From assembly GCA_012838425.1 (NCBI GenBank), contig DUPG01000014.1:1541-65540 (forward strand): a stretch of 64,000 bases of DNA, written 5' to 3'. Position numbers and translations under genes: made by a program. The notes under the pieces are model-generated. The model was not told the origin of the DNA. It ran no database searches and was given only the letters and a program-made list of their open reading frames with translations. The stretch comes from Clostridiales bacterium. Lineage in GTDB: Bacteria > Bacillota > Clostridia > Christensenellales > CAG-138. Below, piece after piece: positions 37,321 to 47,387 of the stretch; positions within the stretch are counted from its first letter, which is position 1; each line of letters opens with the position of its first letter.

Positions 37321-38388
37321 TTATTTGAACATCAATTCCGCAGCAGCGTAGAAATCCTCATCTACATCTTTTCTCTCAAGCGCCTGGTCAAGCTCAACAG
37401 CAATTATTTTAATGCCGGAAAGCGCCACCATCTTGCCGTATTCCTTCTCAACCGCCATTTGACCGGCCTTTACGCCTAATCTATACCCCAGAACCCTGTC
37501 AAATGCCGTGGGTGAACCGCCTCTCTGAATATGCCCCAACACTACATACCTGCATTCGAAGGTTCTGCATTCCTCGGGAAGCGTATCGTCGCTGCGCATT
37601 TCCTTTTCAATCATATCGGCAAGCTCTTTCGCAAGGCCTTTTTCGGATAGGTTCTTGTTGCCGAATTGGTCAACCTCAAGCTCCTTACTCTCGTCCTTTG
37701 AAAGCTCAAAGCCCTCCGCGACTACGATAATAGTATAGTTCTCGCCGTGAATATGCCTTGATTTCACAAGTCGCATAATCTCATCGAATGTCTTTGGATA
37801 TTCGGGAATGAGTATCAGGTGCGCGTTTGCCGCAACCCCTGCCTGCAAAGCGATATGCCCGGTATGCCTGCCCATGCACTCGACTATTATGCAGCGCGAA
37901 TGAGACTCGGCAGTGGTATGCAGCCTGTCTATACATTCCATAGCTATATTCGAAGCGGTATCGAATCCGAATGTATAGTCCGTGCATGATAAATCGTTGT
38001 CAATCGTTTTAGGAACGCCTATTACATTTATGCCAATCTTTCTAAGATGATTGGCAACGCCCAAGGTATCGTCGCCGCCGACTGCAATCAGACCCTCTAA
38101 GCCCAGCTGCTCCATGCGCATACGAACGGTTTCGGGGCCGTCATCAACCTTCAAAATATTTGTGCGGGAAGAACCTAATATTGTGCCGCCCTCAGTCTGA
38201 ATACCCTCTACATCGGCATAGCTTAAAGTTCTGCCCTCGCCGGTCAAAGCACCGCGCCAGCCGTCGTACAATCCATATACCTGAACTCCTGCGCTCAAAC
38301 AGCTTTCAACTACTCCGCGAATAACCGCGTTCAAGCCGGGACAATCACCCCCGCCGGTCAATATACCTATGCGTCTTGGCTTATACAT
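37321..38388 (-). CDS. pfp: 6-phosphofructokinase carrying PPi-type signature residues
   Basis: RIGILTGGGDCPGLNA, VGGDDTLG and VPKTIDND (Asp/Lys where E. coli PfkA has GGDGS / PGTIDND). Start MYKPRR at 38388. An alternative ATG lies at 38400. Confidence 0.8.
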   Translation of the reverse strand: MYKPRRIGILTGGGDCPGLNAVIRGVVESCLSAGVQVYGLYDGWRGALTGEGRTLSYADVEGIQTEGGTILGSSRTNILKVDDGPETVRMRMEQLGLEGLIAVGGDDTLGVANHLRKIGINVIGVPKTIDNDLSCTDYTFGFDTASNIAMECIDRLHTTAESHSRCIIVECMGRHTGHIALQAGVAANAHLILIPEYPKTFDEIMRLVKSRHIHGENYTIIVVAEGFELSKDESKELEVDQFGNKNLSEKGLAKELADMIEKEMRSDDTLPEECRTFECRYVVLGHIQRGGSPTAFDRVLGYRLGVKAGQMAVEKEYGKMVALSGIKIIAVELDQALERKDVDEDFYAAAELMFK

Positions 38389-38413
38389 AAAACACCTCAT
38401 ATCAATTCAATTA

Positions 38414-39079
38414 TTATAACAAGTTTTTGAGTTTTAATTCCGCAATCACTTGCTTTGAAATATTGCGCGCGCTTTTCATAACGCCGTTTTCCATACACTG
38501 TATAACAATTATGTTGTCATATCGCTTGGCAGATTCCAAATACATTTGCCGCGCCTGCTCCTGAATGTATGTCGAGCTCTCGTAAACATCCTTCTTATCG
38601 CCTAAGTAATCACGCCTGCCTTTTTTTGAGAGGTTCGACTGCGCAAAATCTTTGTCAACATCGAAGAATATGTACGCGTCGGCCTTTGGAATACCAAATA
38701 TTTCGTTTTCAAGCTTAAAAATCCACTCCGCAAGCTCCCATCTGTTTTCTTGGCGTATGCTCTGATACACTACATTCGACAGCGTATAGCGGTTTATTAT
38801 GAGATAGTCTGCTTCTAAGTCGCGCTTCTTAATGTTCACAAGTCTATCCGCTGCAAACCACAGCGCCATGCTTTTCGGGTCTAACTCCTTTGCGGAAACC
38901 TCGCCCGTGTTTGATAGCAGCTTGCCTATTTCCTGACCTATGAAGCCGTCATACACAGGAAAATCCATAGTGCTTATAGTTGCGCCCGCCGCTCTTATAT
39001 GCTCGCAAAGAAGCCTAAACTGAACGGTTTTGCCGCTGCCGTCAATTCCCTCCAATGCTATAATCTTTTGACCTGCCAT
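38414..39079 (-). CDS. tmk: Thymidylate kinase-like (dTMP kinase family)
   Basis: Internal start MAGQKIIALEGIDGSGKTVQ (P-loop). Upstream codons of the track ORF have no support. Confidence 0.75.
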   Translation of the reverse strand: MAGQKIIALEGIDGSGKTVQFRLLCEHIRAAGATISTMDFPVYDGFIGQEIGKLLSNTGEVSAKELDPKSMALWFAADRLVNIKKRDLEADYLIINRYTLSNVVYQSIRQENRWELAEWIFKLENEIFGIPKADAYIFFDVDKDFAQSNLSKKGRRDYLGDKKDVYESSTYIQEQARQMYLESAKRYDNIIVIQCMENGVMKSARNISKQVIAELKLKNLL

Positions 39080-39327
39080 CTTATTTCCCCTTATATGATA
39101 GATTATTATAGCATGATTTGGGAGAAGTGAAAAGAAGGGGAGGGAGAAATATATAGATTTTGCATTATTGAAAGCATAATCACCATTATTAGCAAGGAGG
39201 GAGAGATGTTTTGCAATAACTATTGTAAGCAATTGGCTGAAGCCGATAATCCGCCCTTAGAAAGCAAAACTATGCAATAATCAATTCATTTTTTAGCTTT
39301 CCGCTTTTCAATAAGTAAGCAAATTAA

Positions 39328-39354
39328 AGGGGAACCCTAATATCAGGTTCCCCT
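39328..39354 (-). terminator. Terminator hairpin downstream of ahcY
   Basis: aggggaacc-ctaatatca-ggttcccct, a perfect 9-bp stem. On the minus strand it is followed by ttaatttgc (weak T tail). Confidence 0.55.
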
Positions 39355-39387
39355 AAGCATTTCATTGAATAAAGGTAGTATAGAGGG

Positions 39388-40620
39388 CTATATTCCCATA
39401 TATTCCTTTTGCTCCCCTGTCAGCTCGTCTAAGCCCAGTCCCATGGCTTTCAGCTTAATCATAGCAACATCGTGGTCGATTTCATCGGGAACATCGTACA
39501 GCCTGTTTTCAAGCTTTGTGCCATTCTTCGCTAAATGCAGCACGCACAGCGTTTGTATAGCGAAAGACAGGTCCATTATTTCAGCCGGATGACCGTTCCC
39601 TGCGACTATGTTCACAAGTCTGCCGTCTGCTAAAAGGTTTATGCGCTTGCCCGTGCTAAGCGTGTATGTTTCTATAAAGGGCTTGCTCTCCTCATACTTT
39701 ACGCTAAGCGCCCTTAAATCAACCTTGTTGACCTCAACATCGAAATGCCCTGCGTTCGCAATCATACAGTCGTCCTTCATCAGCTCATAGTGCTGCTTGT
39801 TGATTACATCATTGCAGCCCGTAGCTGTTATGAATATATCGCCCAAGGGTGCGGCGTCTATCATTTTCATTACGCGGAAACCGTCCATAGCCGCCTCCAA
39901 CGCCCTGTACGGATTAACCTCCGTAACTATTACATTAGCGCCTAAGCCCTTTGCTCTGTTTGCGATACCCTTTGAGCAGAAGCCATAGCCTGCCACAACG
40001 ACTGTTTTCCCCGAAACCATATTGTTTGTCGTGAACATTATTGCGTCCCAAACCGACTGCCCCGTTCCGTGCACATTGTCGAACAGGTGCTTGCAGTTCG
40101 CGTCATTCACCGCAATCATGGGGAAATTAAGCGTGCCGTTTCTCTCCCTCATTCTCAGCCTGTGAATTCCCGTAGTAGTTTCCTCACAGCCGCCTATGAG
40201 GTTCTCCGCTAACTCAGGCTCATTCGTAAGCATTTCGACGAAGTCGCCGCCGTCGTCGATTATAATATGCGGGCGAAACTCCAGCGTTTTCCTGATATGC
40301 TCGAAGTATTCCTCATCGGTCGCGCCATGGATCGCAAACACCTCTATACCTAAGTGATTAAGCGCAGCGCAAATCTCGTCCTTCGTGGAAAGCGGATTCG
40401 AGCCCGTAGCGCGCACATCTGCTCCTAATTCTCTCAATAGAAGCGCAAGATACGCGGTTTTTGCCTCCAAGTGTATGCAAAGCGAAACCCTCAAGCCCTT
40501 CAGCGGCTTTTTATCGGAATAACGCCTTTCAAGCTCATTAAGAACGGGCATAAAACGCTTAACCCATTCGATTTTCTGCAGTCCCAAAGGATAGAGTTCC
40601 GGATTCTTTATAATGCTCAT
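39388..40620 (-). CDS. ahcY: Adenosylhomocysteinase
   Basis: 410 aa. DDGGD, EETTTG, VVAGYGFCSKG NAD-binding motif, GHFDVE. Confidence 0.95.
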   Translation of the reverse strand: MSIIKNPELYPLGLQKIEWVKRFMPVLNELERRYSDKKPLKGLRVSLCIHLEAKTAYLALLLRELGADVRATGSNPLSTKDEICAALNHLGIEVFAIHGATDEEYFEHIRKTLEFRPHIIIDDGGDFVEMLTNEPELAENLIGGCEETTTGIHRLRMRERNGTLNFPMIAVNDANCKHLFDNVHGTGQSVWDAIMFTTNNMVSGKTVVVAGYGFCSKGIANRAKGLGANVIVTEVNPYRALEAAMDGFRVMKMIDAAPLGDIFITATGCNDVINKQHYELMKDDCMIANAGHFDVEVNKVDLRALSVKYEESKPFIETYTLSTGKRINLLADGRLVNIVAGNGHPAEIMDLSFAIQTLCVLHLAKNGTKLENRLYDVPDEIDHDVAMIKLKAMGLGLDELTGEQKEYMGI

Positions 40621-40658
40621 ACTTGCTCCTTAAAGTTTTTCTTATAATATCATAGCAT

Positions 40659-41345
40659 TTATGCTGTGCCTTGCAAATTGCTTTCTCCGCTTTTCTTAAA
40701 ATGTGAAAGCAGGCAGATTATAAGCCCGAAGCTGCACCCGCCAAGCAAAAGATTCATCGTGATTAAAAGCACAATGAAGCTGTTAGTCATATAGCCGATT
40801 AAGCCTATAAGCATTGATATTGCCGTAGCCAAGCAGAATGCCTTTGCGACCTTTTTGTTCAAGCAATGCATCATAAATAAGCATGCAAGCGGATAGAACA
40901 CCGTCCACCCCAGCATATTTATTGCGTTTATCGCCGAAATATTATAGCTTTGCGTGATTTGCAGCAGTCCATCAGAATTGCCGGCTAAAAGCTGTAATCT
41001 TGTTGCGGTCATTTGCACGAAGTACGCGACGCTTATTAAAAGCATAAACGCAAGCGCGGTGCTCTTTGCCAGCTTTGCGAATATGCGCTTTTCGTCGCTT
41101 GCCTGAAAGGCTATTCCTGATACAGCTATAAAAAACGCTATAGAATAAATAAGCATACAAGCCATTCCTACATATTTGAAAACAGCTGTGCTTGTATTTT
41201 CATACTCAATAAAATGCTCTAAGCCCTGCCACACATACGGCTCATTAACAATAAATATAGCGATGAAGCACAGCGTATATACTATGAAAGAAACAAATCC
41301 GATAACAGCGGATATTGTACCAGTTTTCTTAATTGAGTTATTCAT
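40659..41345 (-). CDS. Polytopic membrane protein, function unknown
   Basis: 228 aa, about 6 TM helices. Same strand as ahcY, 38 nt upstream of it. Confidence 0.5.
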   Translation of the reverse strand: MNNSIKKTGTISAVIGFVSFIVYTLCFIAIFIVNEPYVWQGLEHFIEYENTSTAVFKYVGMACMLIYSIAFFIAVSGIAFQASDEKRIFAKLAKSTALAFMLLISVAYFVQMTATRLQLLAGNSDGLLQITQSYNISAINAINMLGWTVFYPLACLFMMHCLNKKVAKAFCLATAISMLIGLIGYMTNSFIVLLITMNLLLGGCSFGLIICLLSHFKKSGESNLQGTA

Positions 41346-41397
41346 ATTATCCTCCTAAAAACTTAATCTTGATTTAGTTGAAAGGGGAGGATAATAT

Positions 41398-41595
41398 CTA
41401 TTCCGGCTTAACTGCAAATGCTTTCATAAACACAAAGTCGTCGCTGTTCTCCATAAAGAAGCACAGCGTTTTTGCAATTACAACGCCAATAGACGCCAAA
41501 AGCAAATCAACGGAAGACGAAAAGAATATTCCGCAAGCAAATGCTCCTATAAGCAAACGAAAAAGTATTCTTGTGATTCTTAAAGCGCCTTGCAT
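41398..41595 (-). CDS. Small membrane protein (tentative)
   Basis: MQGALRITRILFRLLIGAFACGIFF... GGAGGG lies only 3-4 nt before the ATG, so the start is uncertain. Confidence 0.3.
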   Translation of the reverse strand: MQGALRITRILFRLLIGAFACGIFFSSSVDLLLASIGVVIAKTLCFFMENSDDFVFMKAFAVKPE

Positions 41596-41690
41596 ATGCC
41601 CTCCGTTTCCAAAATTATATTCTTTTTTGATAACAGGCGCAACAATAAAAAACGCATGGTTTCCCATGCGCTTATATTTTCGATTAGTGC

Positions 41691-42965
41691 TTACTCAGCC
41701 AACAGCTTTTCCACAGCCGCTAACTTAATACAGCAGCAAAGCAGCTTCATAGCCTCTTTCAGTTCATCTATGGGCGGATATGAAGGCGCAATCCTCAGAT
41801 GAGAGTCGTTGGGGTCGTTGCCGTAAGGATATGTAGCGCCCGCAGGAGTAATAACCAAGCCCGCCCCCTTGCATAGCTCGCTTATGCGCTTTGCTGTGCC
41901 TGCCATAGTATACAGGCTCACAAAGTAGCCGCCCTTAGGCTTGTACCAATTTGCTATGTGGTGCGGCCCGATTTCCTCATTCAAAGCGTTCAGCACAACA
42001 TCAAACTTGGGCTTAAGCACTGCGCCAAGCTTCTTCATATGCGCCATAATTCCTTCGCGGTTTTTGAAGAAAAGCATATGCCTTAGCTGATTCAGCTTGT
42101 CATAGCTTATAATTTGCTTGCTTATTATCTTTTTCATGTATGCCATATTCGCTTCACTGCACGCGAAGCAGGATATGCCTGCGCCGGGGAATGTGATTTT
42201 CGAGGTCGAAGCGAACTCAAATACCATATCGGCGTTCCCATGCTTTTCACATTCCGAAAGTATGTCTAAGAAAGGAACAAATTCGCCGTCAAACTCGTGT
42301 ATGCAGTAGGCGTTATCCCACATAAGCAAAAAGTCCTTTGCGGCGGGCTTCATAGCCGCAATCTTTCTCACTGTTTCATCGGAATAGCTTACTCCGTCGG
42401 GGTTGGAGTACTTAGGAACGCACCACATTCCGCGTACGGACTCGTCCTTTATAAGCTCATATACCATGTTCATATCAGGACCGTCGTCAAGCAGGAGAAC
42501 GGGTATCATCTCAATACCGAATGACTCGCATATAGCAAAATGCCTGTCATATCCGGGAACTACGCAAATGAACTTCACCTTGTCAAGCTTGCTCCAAGGC
42601 TTTTCGCTGTGTAACAGTCCATGGGTGAACGCCTTTGAAATCGTATCGAACATCATGCTCAGGCTTGAGCTTCCGCCAATGAATACCTGCTCGGGCTTTG
42701 TGCCCAATATTTCCGAAAACAGCTTTCTCGCAGAGGGCAAGCCCTCAAGCACGCCGTAGTTTGCCGCTTCCACGCCGTCAACAAATGTTGGGGCGTCGCC
42801 CGGCAGATTAAGCAGCTCTTTAGATAAAATAAGCTGGTCATTTCCGGGCTTCCCTCGTGAAATGTCCAACTTCTTGCCTGCTTTTACAAATCTGTCGTAC
42901 TCCGCCTGTAATTCCTTTTTAATGGATAGTAGCTCATCATGGCTCATAGAGCTTATGTTACTCAT
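41691..42965 (-). CDS. PLP-dependent aminotransferase (class I/II fold, aspartate aminotransferase-like)
   Basis: 424 aa. STSKITFPGAGIS (PLP-Lys context), MWDNAY. Confidence 0.75.
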   Translation of the reverse strand: MSNISSMSHDELLSIKKELQAEYDRFVKAGKKLDISRGKPGNDQLILSKELLNLPGDAPTFVDGVEAANYGVLEGLPSARKLFSEILGTKPEQVFIGGSSSLSMMFDTISKAFTHGLLHSEKPWSKLDKVKFICVVPGYDRHFAICESFGIEMIPVLLLDDGPDMNMVYELIKDESVRGMWCVPKYSNPDGVSYSDETVRKIAAMKPAAKDFLLMWDNAYCIHEFDGEFVPFLDILSECEKHGNADMVFEFASTSKITFPGAGISCFACSEANMAYMKKIISKQIISYDKLNQLRHMLFFKNREGIMAHMKKLGAVLKPKFDVVLNALNEEIGPHHIANWYKPKGGYFVSLYTMAGTAKRISELCKGAGLVITPAGATYPYGNDPNDSHLRIAPSYPPIDELKEAMKLLCCCIKLAAVEKLLAE

Positions 42966-43063
42966 TTATAACCTCCCGTATGTGCTACCTATATTGTCCA
43001 CTTAATATTTCGTAAAGTCAACCATATGGGAAGGGATTTAGCGCAATATATTAAATATAACAG

Positions 43064-43792
43064 CTACCTGTGATACGCTTTGTTCAGCATTTCGGTAGGC
43101 TCACCGTTCTCGTCATAAATAATAAAGTCGTCTGATATTTTTATGCCTACTCCGCCGTCCTTTTTCGCTTTTATGAGAGTCAGATATGGCGACACGCTTT
43201 TATTCGCCCTTACGAACTGCATAGTCTTTGGCTCTAGCCTGTTTCTTCTCAATGCTTCAAGCGCGTCCATTACTCTGTCAACGGGATAAGACATGTAAAA
43301 ATATCCGCCGCTTTTCAGAATTCTCGTCGCTGCCCTTGCAATATCGAATATTGTAGTTTCGGTCTGCGCGCGTGTAAGCGACCTGTGAATATCCTTAGGA
43401 ATAATATGCGCCTTTGCGTCATAGTAGGGCGGATTGCACACGCATACATCGAATGCCCCGTTATAATGCCTGTATGCTTCGCGCAAATCCATGTTCTCGA
43501 CCATAATTTTGTCCTCTAAGCTGTTGAGAATAATGCTTCTCTGCATCATATCGGCTAATTCACCGTTAATCTCAAACCCGACAACCGAGCATGAGTATCG
43601 CCCATACACCAAAAGCGATATAATACCCGTTCCGCTGCCAAAATCCGCTACGAAATCGCCCATTTTCGCCTTGCAGAAGTCGCTCAGCAGTACCGAATCG
43701 GTAGTGAAGCGAGGCAAATCTGCCGACAGTATTATCTTTAACCCCTTAAACTGCAAATCCTCTATTGTTTCATTCGCTTTCATATCAAACAT
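43064..43792 (-). CDS. SAM-dependent N6-adenine methyltransferase, TrmN6/YfiC-like (tRNA1(Val) m6A37 type)
   Basis: DFGSGTGIISL SAM motif and CVCNPPYY catalytic motif. Confidence 0.7.
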   Translation of the reverse strand: MFDMKANETIEDLQFKGLKIILSADLPRFTTDSVLLSDFCKAKMGDFVADFGSGTGIISLLVYGRYSCSVVGFEINGELADMMQRSIILNSLEDKIMVENMDLREAYRHYNGAFDVCVCNPPYYDAKAHIIPKDIHRSLTRAQTETTIFDIARAATRILKSGGYFYMSYPVDRVMDALEALRRNRLEPKTMQFVRANKSVSPYLTLIKAKKDGGVGIKISDDFIIYDENGEPTEMLNKAYHR

Positions 43793-45584
43793 TTACAGCA
43801 CCCAACATACTTTTTATCTTCCCCGCGACTGCGCCGTTCACAATAGCTTTCAATCTTGTACCATCTTCGGTGTGATCCTCCTCCACAACTACGCCATTTT
43901 CGCGAATATAAGCCACCACATCATAGCGGTTGTATGGAATTATCAGCTCTATGGAGTTGTTTTCACCAAACAGCATTTCCTCAATTTTTTGCAGCAGAGT
44001 ATCAAGCCCAATCTTTTTAAGAGCGGAAATATCCACGCTCACCTTGCCGGTACAGCTTTCCTCGTCATGCGCTTTTATAATGTCAAGCTTGTTCCTTACA
44101 AGTATTTGCGGAATATGCGCGGCTTGCAGGTCTGCCAAGACTTCGTTTACGACCTCCATTTGCTTTGCGCAGTAATCCGACGAAGCGTCAATAACATGCA
44201 GTATCAAGTCTGAATTAGTTACTTCCTCAAGCGTAGAGCGGAAGGCGTGAACAAGCTCATGCGGAAGCTTGTTTATGAATCCCACTGTATCAGATAGCAG
44301 TATCTCAGACCCATTAGACAATGTGATTTTGCGCACAACAGGGTCAAGCGTAGCGAACAACTGGTCGGCAACATATTCGTCTGAACCCGATAGTGCATTC
44401 AACAGCGTGGATTTACCCGCATTTGTGTATCCCACAAGCGACACAAGCGGAATACTGCTGCTCTCACGCTTTTTGCGGCGCAAATCTCTCTGCTTCTTGA
44501 CTTGCTCTAACTCCTGTTCTAATTCGAATATCCTTCTGTGAATTCTGCGTCTGTCAATTTCAAGCTTCTTTTCGCCCGGACCGCGTGTGCCTATACCGCC
44601 GCCCAAGCGCGACATCGAAGTACCGAAGCCCAGCAGTCGCGGCAGTCTGTATTTCTGCTGTGCCAATTCAACCTGTAATTTACCCTCGCGTGAAGTGGCG
44701 CGCGCCGCGAATATATCTAATATCAGCGTAGTTCTGTCTATTACCTTAGTTCCTGTAATATCCTCAATATTCTTTATCTGTATAGCGCTCAGTTCATCAT
44801 CGAATATAATTACATCTGCGTTATTCTCACGAACGAAAAGCGCCAGCTCCTCAATTTTGCCGCTGCCTAAGTATGTGGCTTTGTCTATTTGCTTAGCCCT
44901 TTGCACAAACCTGCCTACAACCTCTGCGCCTGCTGTTTGCGCCAAGCTTTCAAGCTCTTCTATGGGGTCATAGCCTAATGCCTTGCCGCTGTCTATCCCA
45001 GCTAAAACCGCACGCTCAACCTTAGCCGCTTCGTTTTCTATCGCGGTGCGCTTCAATCTCTCGTCGGCTAAGTAGATTTCATTCAGTAGCAGCTTATGGG
45101 GAATCCTTGAAGGGCTTATAGGGCCATATATTAGCGAAGCGTTTGGCGTTTCCTCCGTATTTTCACCTATGAACCCCACAAACATTTGGCTTGGCTTGCC
45201 TTCATATATGCCTAATGAAGCTATTGCGTCAAGCTTCGCGGTGTGTAAGGTAGCGATGTCAACCGAGGATAATCTCGGGTCGCCCGACGGGTGTGTGTGA
45301 ATACAGCGAACGCCGCAAAGCCTGTCTAAATTCCTTACAACGCGCACCTGCGGCATTTCAACCTTGTTTATTTCGCCTATTGAAATATTAACTATGCGCC
45401 CGTCTCTTGCGATATATACAGATATTTCCCGGGAAATTTCCGCACTAAATTTTGTCATTGCTTCAAGCAGCTCAATATCGGCAAAGCCCTGAACCTTAAT
45501 ATCATACAGCGCCTCAATAGCTTCAAGCGTAATGTTCTTAATACCGTTTATGTTTCCATGAATCTTTCTTTTTTCCATATTCAC
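43785..45584 (-). CDS. hflX: GTPase HflX with an N-terminal RadC/JAB (MPN+)-like domain
   Basis: HflX core: GYTNAGKSTLLN, DTVGF, NKLD. N-terminal ~175 aa contain CIHTHPSGDPRLSSVDI, which equals HxHx7Sx2D. Confidence 0.85.
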   Translation of the reverse strand: MNMEKRKIHGNINGIKNITLEAIEALYDIKVQGFADIELLEAMTKFSAEISREISVYIARDGRIVNISIGEINKVEMPQVRVVRNLDRLCGVRCIHTHPSGDPRLSSVDIATLHTAKLDAIASLGIYEGKPSQMFVGFIGENTEETPNASLIYGPISPSRIPHKLLLNEIYLADERLKRTAIENEAAKVERAVLAGIDSGKALGYDPIEELESLAQTAGAEVVGRFVQRAKQIDKATYLGSGKIEELALFVRENNADVIIFDDELSAIQIKNIEDITGTKVIDRTTLILDIFAARATSREGKLQVELAQQKYRLPRLLGFGTSMSRLGGGIGTRGPGEKKLEIDRRRIHRRIFELEQELEQVKKQRDLRRKKRESSSIPLVSLVGYTNAGKSTLLNALSGSDEYVADQLFATLDPVVRKITLSNGSEILLSDTVGFINKLPHELVHAFRSTLEEVTNSDLILHVIDASSDYCAKQMEVVNEVLADLQAAHIPQILVRNKLDIIKAHDEESCTGKVSVDISALKKIGLDTLLQKIEEMLFGENNSIELIIPYNRYDVVAYIRENGVVVEEDHTEDGTRLKAIVNGAVAGKIKSMLGAVNV

Positions 45585-45643
45585 AGTATATCCAATAAAG
45601 CATATTTTAGCAATCGGCGGGGGAAATATGGTATAATAAAGCT

Positions 45644-46735
45644 ATGGAAATGAACACACAAGGCACAACGATAATAGGAATGTCCGGCGGCGTGGATTCG
45701 TCGGTCGCGGCGCTGCTTCTAAAAAGGCAGGGCAAAAACCTCATAGGCGTTTTCATGAAGAACTGGGAGGAGGACGAGGAAAGCGGCCTATGCACAGCTA
45801 CACAGGATTTTTCCGATGTTCGCCAAACCGCAGCGGTTATAGGAATTCCATACTACACAGTAAACTTCGCAAAAGAGTATTACGATAGAGTATTCACATA
45901 CTTTTTAGAAGAATATAAAGCGGGCAGAACCCCTAACCCTGATGTTCTCTGTAATTGCGAGATAAAATTCAAGGCGTTTTTGGAGTTCGCGCTGAAATCG
46001 GGCGCTGAAGCAATAGCCACGGGGCATTACGCGCGTTTAGCGCATACAAGCGACGGTGTAAAGCTGTTAAAGGCGAAGGATAAAAGCAAGGACCAGACAT
46101 ATTTTTTAGCGGGCTTAACGCAAAAGCAGTTAGAAAAAGCAATATTCCCCATAGGCGATTTATTGAAAAGCGAGGTCCGCCAAATAGCGCAGGAAGCGGG
46201 GCTGCCCACAGCGTATAAAAAGGACTCAACAGGCGTTTGCTTCATAGGCGAGCGCAATTTCAAGAAGTTTTTAATGCAGTACCTGCCTGCGCAAAAGGGC
46301 GATATAGTCGATTTGAAAGGCAATGTATTAGGCAAGCATGACGGCTTGATGTTCTATACTATAGGTCAGAGGCGCGGCTTAGGCATAGGCGGTCTGAAAA
46401 ACGGTACAGGCGAGAGCTTCTTTGTAGTGGATAAGGACTTAGAGCGCAACCGCCTCATAGTAACGCAGGGCGAGGGCAGGGAGCTATACTCAAGGGCGCT
46501 TGAAACCTCTAAATTCCACTTCATAGCCGGCGAACCGCCAAGCGATACCTTTCGCTGCATGGCTAAGTTCAGGTATCGCCAAAACGATACGCCCGTTACC
46601 GTTACAATCGGGAAAGAAGGCGCATTGATTGAGTTTGACGAGCTGCAAAGGGCTATAACCCCCGGTCAGTACGCTGTATTATATGACGGCGAGGAGTGCT
46701 TAGGCTGCGGCGTAATAGAAAGGGCAATAAAATGA
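45644..46735 (+). CDS. mnmA: tRNA-specific 2-thiouridylase
   Basis: [15 protein letters not shown]-loop, NPDVLCN, ATGHYAR. Confidence 0.95.
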   Translation: MEMNTQGTTIIGMSGGVDSSVAALLLKRQGKNLIGVFMKNWEEDEESGLCTATQDFSDVRQTAAVIGIPYYTVNFAKEYYDRVFTYFLEEYKAGRTPNPDVLCNCEIKFKAFLEFALKSGAEAIATGHYARLAHTSDGVKLLKAKDKSKDQTYFLAGLTQKQLEKAIFPIGDLLKSEVRQIAQEAGLPTAYKKDSTGVCFIGERNFKKFLMQYLPAQKGDIVDLKGNVLGKHDGLMFYTIGQRRGLGIGGLKNGTGESFFVVDKDLERNRLIVTQGEGRELYSRALETSKFHFIAGEPPSDTFRCMAKFRYRQNDTPVTVTIGKEGALIEFDELQRAITPGQYAVLYDGEECLGCGVIERAIK

Positions 46736-46932
46736 TACGCATAAATCTTGATATAGTTATGGCAAAACGCGGAATAGGTTTAATGCAGTTATCGCGCTTA
46801 GTGGGCATCACACCTGCTAATCTGTCGCGCTTGAAGGCGGGCAAGGTGAAGGAAATACGCCTTTCCACATTAGACGCATTATGCAGGGTATTGCAGTGCG
46901 AGGTCAAAGATATATTAGAATTCGTTGATTAA
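46732..46932 (+). CDS. XRE-family HTH regulator, YozG-like (66 aa)
   Basis: [68 protein letters not shown] overlap with mnmA. Confidence 0.8.
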   Translation: MIRINLDIVMAKRGIGLMQLSRLVGITPANLSRLKAGKVKEIRLSTLDALCRVLQCEVKDILEFVD

Positions 46933-47344
46933 ATCTCAATTCAACAGCACAAGCTATACTATGAATAGAAAAGTATTGATGCCCTTAATGATTTCGGCGG
47001 CATTAGGTATAGCTTATTGCATACTGATACTGCTGTTTTACGGAAACGCCATATTCGGCGCAAGCTCTTTATTGAGCTTCGTTTTAGGCGCATTGGCGGC
47101 GGCATTTGTCATTCCGCATATAGTTGTCGTAATAATAGCCGCAGTATTCAATGTTGTTGCGGTGATTGCCCGTTCAAAAACATTTGCGCTGCTTTCGGGC
47201 ATTTTTTACAGCTTAGGAGCTGTGCTTTTTGTGTTCTTCTCCGTGTTTTTAGTGCCGTCAATCATATTATGCTTTATTGGCTATTCCAAGCTGAAGGACG
47301 CGCAAACAGAATTAAACGAGTCTAACGACAATGAGCCAAAATAA
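46925..47344 (+). CDS. Membrane protein partnered with the YozG-like regulator
   Basis: 139 aa, 3-4 TM helices. Start uncertain (TTG at 46925 or ATG at 46961; no clear RBS). Confidence 0.5.
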   Translation: MIKSQFNSTSYTMNRKVLMPLMISAALGIAYCILILLFYGNAIFGASSLLSFVLGALAAAFVIPHIVVVIIAAVFNVVAVIARSKTFALLSGIFYSLGAVLFVFFSVFLVPSIILCFIGYSKLKDAQTELNESNDNEPK

Positions 47345-47385
47345 AAAATCGGCAGAGCATACACCCTGCCGATTTAATGTTATTT
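47343..47385. terminator. Bidirectional terminator between convergent genes
   Basis: aaaaaa-atcggcag-agcatacacc-ctgccgat-ttaatgttattt. Confidence 0.65.
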
Positions 47386-47387
47386 GC

